64,000 nucleotides of DNA, from the NCBI GenBank assembly GCA_902610585.1, contig CACLWE010000001.1:110970-174969 (forward strand), written 5' to 3'. The notes below the pieces were generated by a model. The model was not told where the DNA came from and searched no databases. It worked only from the letters and a program-made list of their open reading frames with translations. This document shows positions 61,975-64,000 of the stretch, in pieces. Source of the DNA: an uncultured Pelagibacteraceae bacterium. Lineage in GTDB: Bacteria > Pseudomonadota > Alphaproteobacteria > Pelagibacterales > AG-422-B15. Position 1 is the first letter of the stretch; every line of letters starts with the position of its first letter. Position numbers and translations under genes: made by a program.

Positions 61975-62713
61975 TAAGAAAATTATTGCTTTAAGGATGG
62001 ATGATGTAGGAGCATCAACAAAAAAATATGAAGTTTATTCAAAAAAACTTTTCGGTAATTTTTTATTTCTTAAACGTTTAAAGTATTTTAAAGCTTGGGG
62101 TCCTTATAGAGAACTAAATGAATTTGAATGGAATGATATTCTAAAATTATTATATAATTTTAATTGTAAATTAACTGTAGGGGTAACTGCTGGGTGGGTT
62201 GAAAGAAATGGAGAAATTGTACCGTTTAATAAAAAGTTTCCAAATTTATTAGGTGTAATCAAAGAAGGAGTTGAGAGTGGTTTATTAGAAATTGCAAATC
62301 ATGGTTTAACCCATTGTATAGTAGGTAAACATTTACCTAAATATTTTAAGTCAAATAGGTTTTATCACAGAGAATTTTACGATTTTTTACCAGAGAAGGT
62401 TCATTTTGAACATATTAAAATTTCACAACAAATATTACATGATACATTTGGAAAATCGATTACAACTCTTATTCCTCCTGGAAATGTATATTCTGCGAAA
62501 ACTGTGAGAAGTATGAGAAATAATCGAATTAAGGTACTAAACTCATCAATAAAGATACCTGAAATTGATGATCAGGAATATATCAATGAAGAACAAGTAA
62601 TTGCCTTCCATGATCGTGAATTAGTTATATATGGAATTGAATGGTTGAAAAATTTAGTTAAAAATATTGCCGAAGAAAATGAATTTAGATTTATAAAAGA
62701 GTTAAAAAAATAA
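61967..62713 (+). CDS. polysaccharide-deacetylase-like (CE4/DUF2334-like) protein
   Basis: Contains ALRMDDVGAS (a TFDD-like motif), ANHGLTHC (His motif) and LIPPGN. The assignment is moderate. Confidence 0.5.
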   Translation: MTSKKIIALRMDDVGASTKKYEVYSKKLFGNFLFLKRLKYFKAWGPYRELNEFEWNDILKLLYNFNCKLTVGVTAGWVERNGEIVPFNKKFPNLLGVIKEGVESGLLEIANHGLTHCIVGKHLPKYFKSNRFYHREFYDFLPEKVHFEHIKISQQILHDTFGKSITTLIPPGNVYSAKTVRSMRNNRIKVLNSSIKIPEIDDQEYINEEQVIAFHDRELVIYGIEWLKNLVKNIAEENEFRFIKELKK

Positions 62714-62867
62714 ATTTTGTTAATCTTATAATTGTATTGATAGTTAAACTAATTTATAAAATAATGGCAATCAATTACATTGGATGTAAGTAAAAGTGGG
62801 TATTCCAAACAATAAAATTACTTTCTTATATTGGGAAAATTTAAATTAATTATTTTAGAAATAGTTT

Positions 62868-63503
62868 ATGAGTAGTATTAGACGTGACTTACTTGATAAG
62901 ATTCTTAAAAAAAATATTCATTTATTCACTGGAAAAGTATTAGATGTTGGTGGTAAAAAGATTGGTAAAAGAGGCAAATTCATTCCCCCAATTAAAAACA
63001 TTGAGCGGTGGGAATATCTTAATACTGATGAGAAAACAAATCCTGATTTTTTAGCTGATATTTGTTCAATGCCTTTTGAAGACGATTCCTATGATGTATT
63101 ATTGGTTACTGAAGTATTAGAGTATATAAAAGAACCTGTAAAAGCGGTTCAAGAATGCTATCGAGTATTAAAAAAAGGGGGTAATCTAATTATATCTGTA
63201 CCTTTCATGCACCCAATGCACTACGATGCTGATTTTGATATGCAAAGATTTACTCAAATATATCTTAGAAATATATTGAGTAACTGCTCATTTTCAGAAA
63301 TTAATTTTTATGAGATGGGATCGGTAGGAGCAGTTCTATTTGATTTCTTAAATATTGCCACTTCATATGCAAGTAAAAATAAAAAAAGTTACTTAAATAT
63401 GCTATTACAAAGATCAAAATTTATTTTCTTATTAATTGATAAATATACACCCCACCAAAAAAAGTACATAAATACTGGATATTTTATCGTTATAAAAAAA
63501 TGA
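62868..63503 (+). CDS. class I SAM-dependent methyltransferase
   Basis: Contains VLDVGGKK, DVLLVTEVLEYI and LKKGGNLIISVP motifs. Size is 211 aa. Confidence 0.7.
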   Translation: MSSIRRDLLDKILKKNIHLFTGKVLDVGGKKIGKRGKFIPPIKNIERWEYLNTDEKTNPDFLADICSMPFEDDSYDVLLVTEVLEYIKEPVKAVQECYRVLKKGGNLIISVPFMHPMHYDADFDMQRFTQIYLRNILSNCSFSEINFYEMGSVGAVLFDFLNIATSYASKNKKSYLNMLLQRSKFIFLLIDKYTPHQKKYINTGYFIVIKK

Positions 63504-64000
63504 AGGTTTGTATAAATATTGATATAACAGATGAACCGTATGGAGGCGGCAATCAATTTTTGAAGGCACTTAAAAACTATTTAATAGAAAAAGATATTTA
63601 TACTGAAAATAAAATAGAGGCGGACACAATACTCTTTAATAGTCATCATAAAATGTTTGATAATCTAAATCTTAAATACAATTTTCCTAAAAAAATATTT
63701 ATACATAGAATTGATGGGCCAATGTCTTATAGAGGAAAAGCTGGACAGCAACTAGATAAAAAGATATTCAGTTTAAGTAATAAAATTTCACAGGGACAAA
63801 TATTTCAATCAAAATGGAGCCTTGATCAAAGTATATCTAACGGGTTAAAAATAAATAGAAATAAATGTATAATTCATAATGCGCCAAATCCAAATATTTT
63901 TTATGATAATAAAAATAAAAAATCAGGTAAAAAAATTAAATTAATTGCCAGCAGTTGGTCTAACAATATTAATAAAGGTTATGAATTATATCACAAGCTT
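63500..64000 (+). CDS. 5' part of a glycosyltransferase-like CDS running off the window (167 codons seen)
   Basis: Has an ATGA overlap with the upstream stop. It reads MKVCINIDITDEPYGGGNQFLKALKNYL...ILFNSHH..., typical of GT-B (GT1/GT4) N-terminal domains. It is not in the ORF track because it has no stop in the window. Confidence 0.6.
   Translation, partial: MKVCINIDITDEPYGGGNQFLKALKNYLIEKDIYTENKIEADTILFNSHHKMFDNLNLKYNFPKKIFIHRIDGPMSYRGKAGQQLDKKIFSLSNKISQGQIFQSKWSLDQSISNGLKINRNKCIIHNAPNPNIFYDNKNKKSGKKIKLIASSWSNNINKGYELYHKL

Noticed and set aside
62714-62867. Mini-ORFs (MAINYIGCK; VGIPNNKITFLYWENLN) in the 154-bp spacer, considered as possible gene remnants like the one at 54513.
   Set aside because: I found no convincing similarity to any neighbouring protein, and they are too short to evaluate.
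41120-64000. An att-like direct repeat of the tRNA-fMet 3' end, or an integrase, that would mark a mobile genomic island.
   Set aside because: I did not spot a copy of the GC-rich 3' end (TCCTACCCCCGCAACCA) downstream. No integrase, transposase or phage gene is present. xerD at 14307 is the chromosomal dimer-resolution recombinase, far from the island.

Overview
This 64-kb window comes from a very AT-rich, tightly packed (streamlined) marine-type alphaproteobacterium. The rRNA genes and gene content look SAR11-like (Pelagibacterales or a HIMB59/AEGEAN-169-type relative). I could not run a database search, so the lineage is an impression only. All product calls come from motifs I recognise in the supplied translations.

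Layout:
- 1-32.3 kb: conserved housekeeping genes with many overlapping gene ends. They include tRNA-Arg, an H1-like protein, carD, fdxA, mcm-meaB, rpmB, cobT-cobS, bolA, aroB-aroK, xerD, malyl-CoA lyase, accA, secA, argJ, mutT, grxC, ubiG, lysC, rodZ-ispG and prfA-prmC.
- 32.7-37.6 kb: one complete rrn operon (16S, tRNA-Ile-GAT, tRNA-Ala-TGC, 23S, 5S). Long-range processing stems are visible around each rRNA.
- 37.6-64.0 kb (runs off the window): a cell-surface glycan island. It starts right after the 5S gene and contains an initiator tRNA-fMet.

Island content:
- A heptose module (gmhA, hldD) and a uronic-acid module (ugd, a UDP-GlcA 4-epimerase-like gene, an AsnB-type amidotransferase).
- At least six SAM methyltransferases and a Pfs-like nucleosidase.
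- Glycosyltransferases and an MsbA/PglK-type ABC exporter.
- Several orphan proteins.

The best candidate for something undescribed is a 12-gene co-directional operon at 43.66-54.50 kb. It has two NeuB-type synthases that lack the SAF domain, two CMP-sugar synthetase domains (one fused to a GT2 glycosyltransferase) and a 109-aa minimal HAD phosphatase. None of the usual upstream enzymes for Neu5Ac, pseudaminic acid or legionaminic acid is present.

Other notable observations:
- A decayed 5' fragment of a paralogue of a neighbouring orphan gene, which looks like a cassette-replacement scar.
- A palindromic operator-like site in a 410-bp spacer.
- A CarD/CdnL with a histone-H1-like N-terminal tail, lying next to a free-standing H1-like gene.
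- An AccA with a predicted C-terminal membrane anchor.

I saw no CRISPR array, transposase, phage gene or recognisable defence system.
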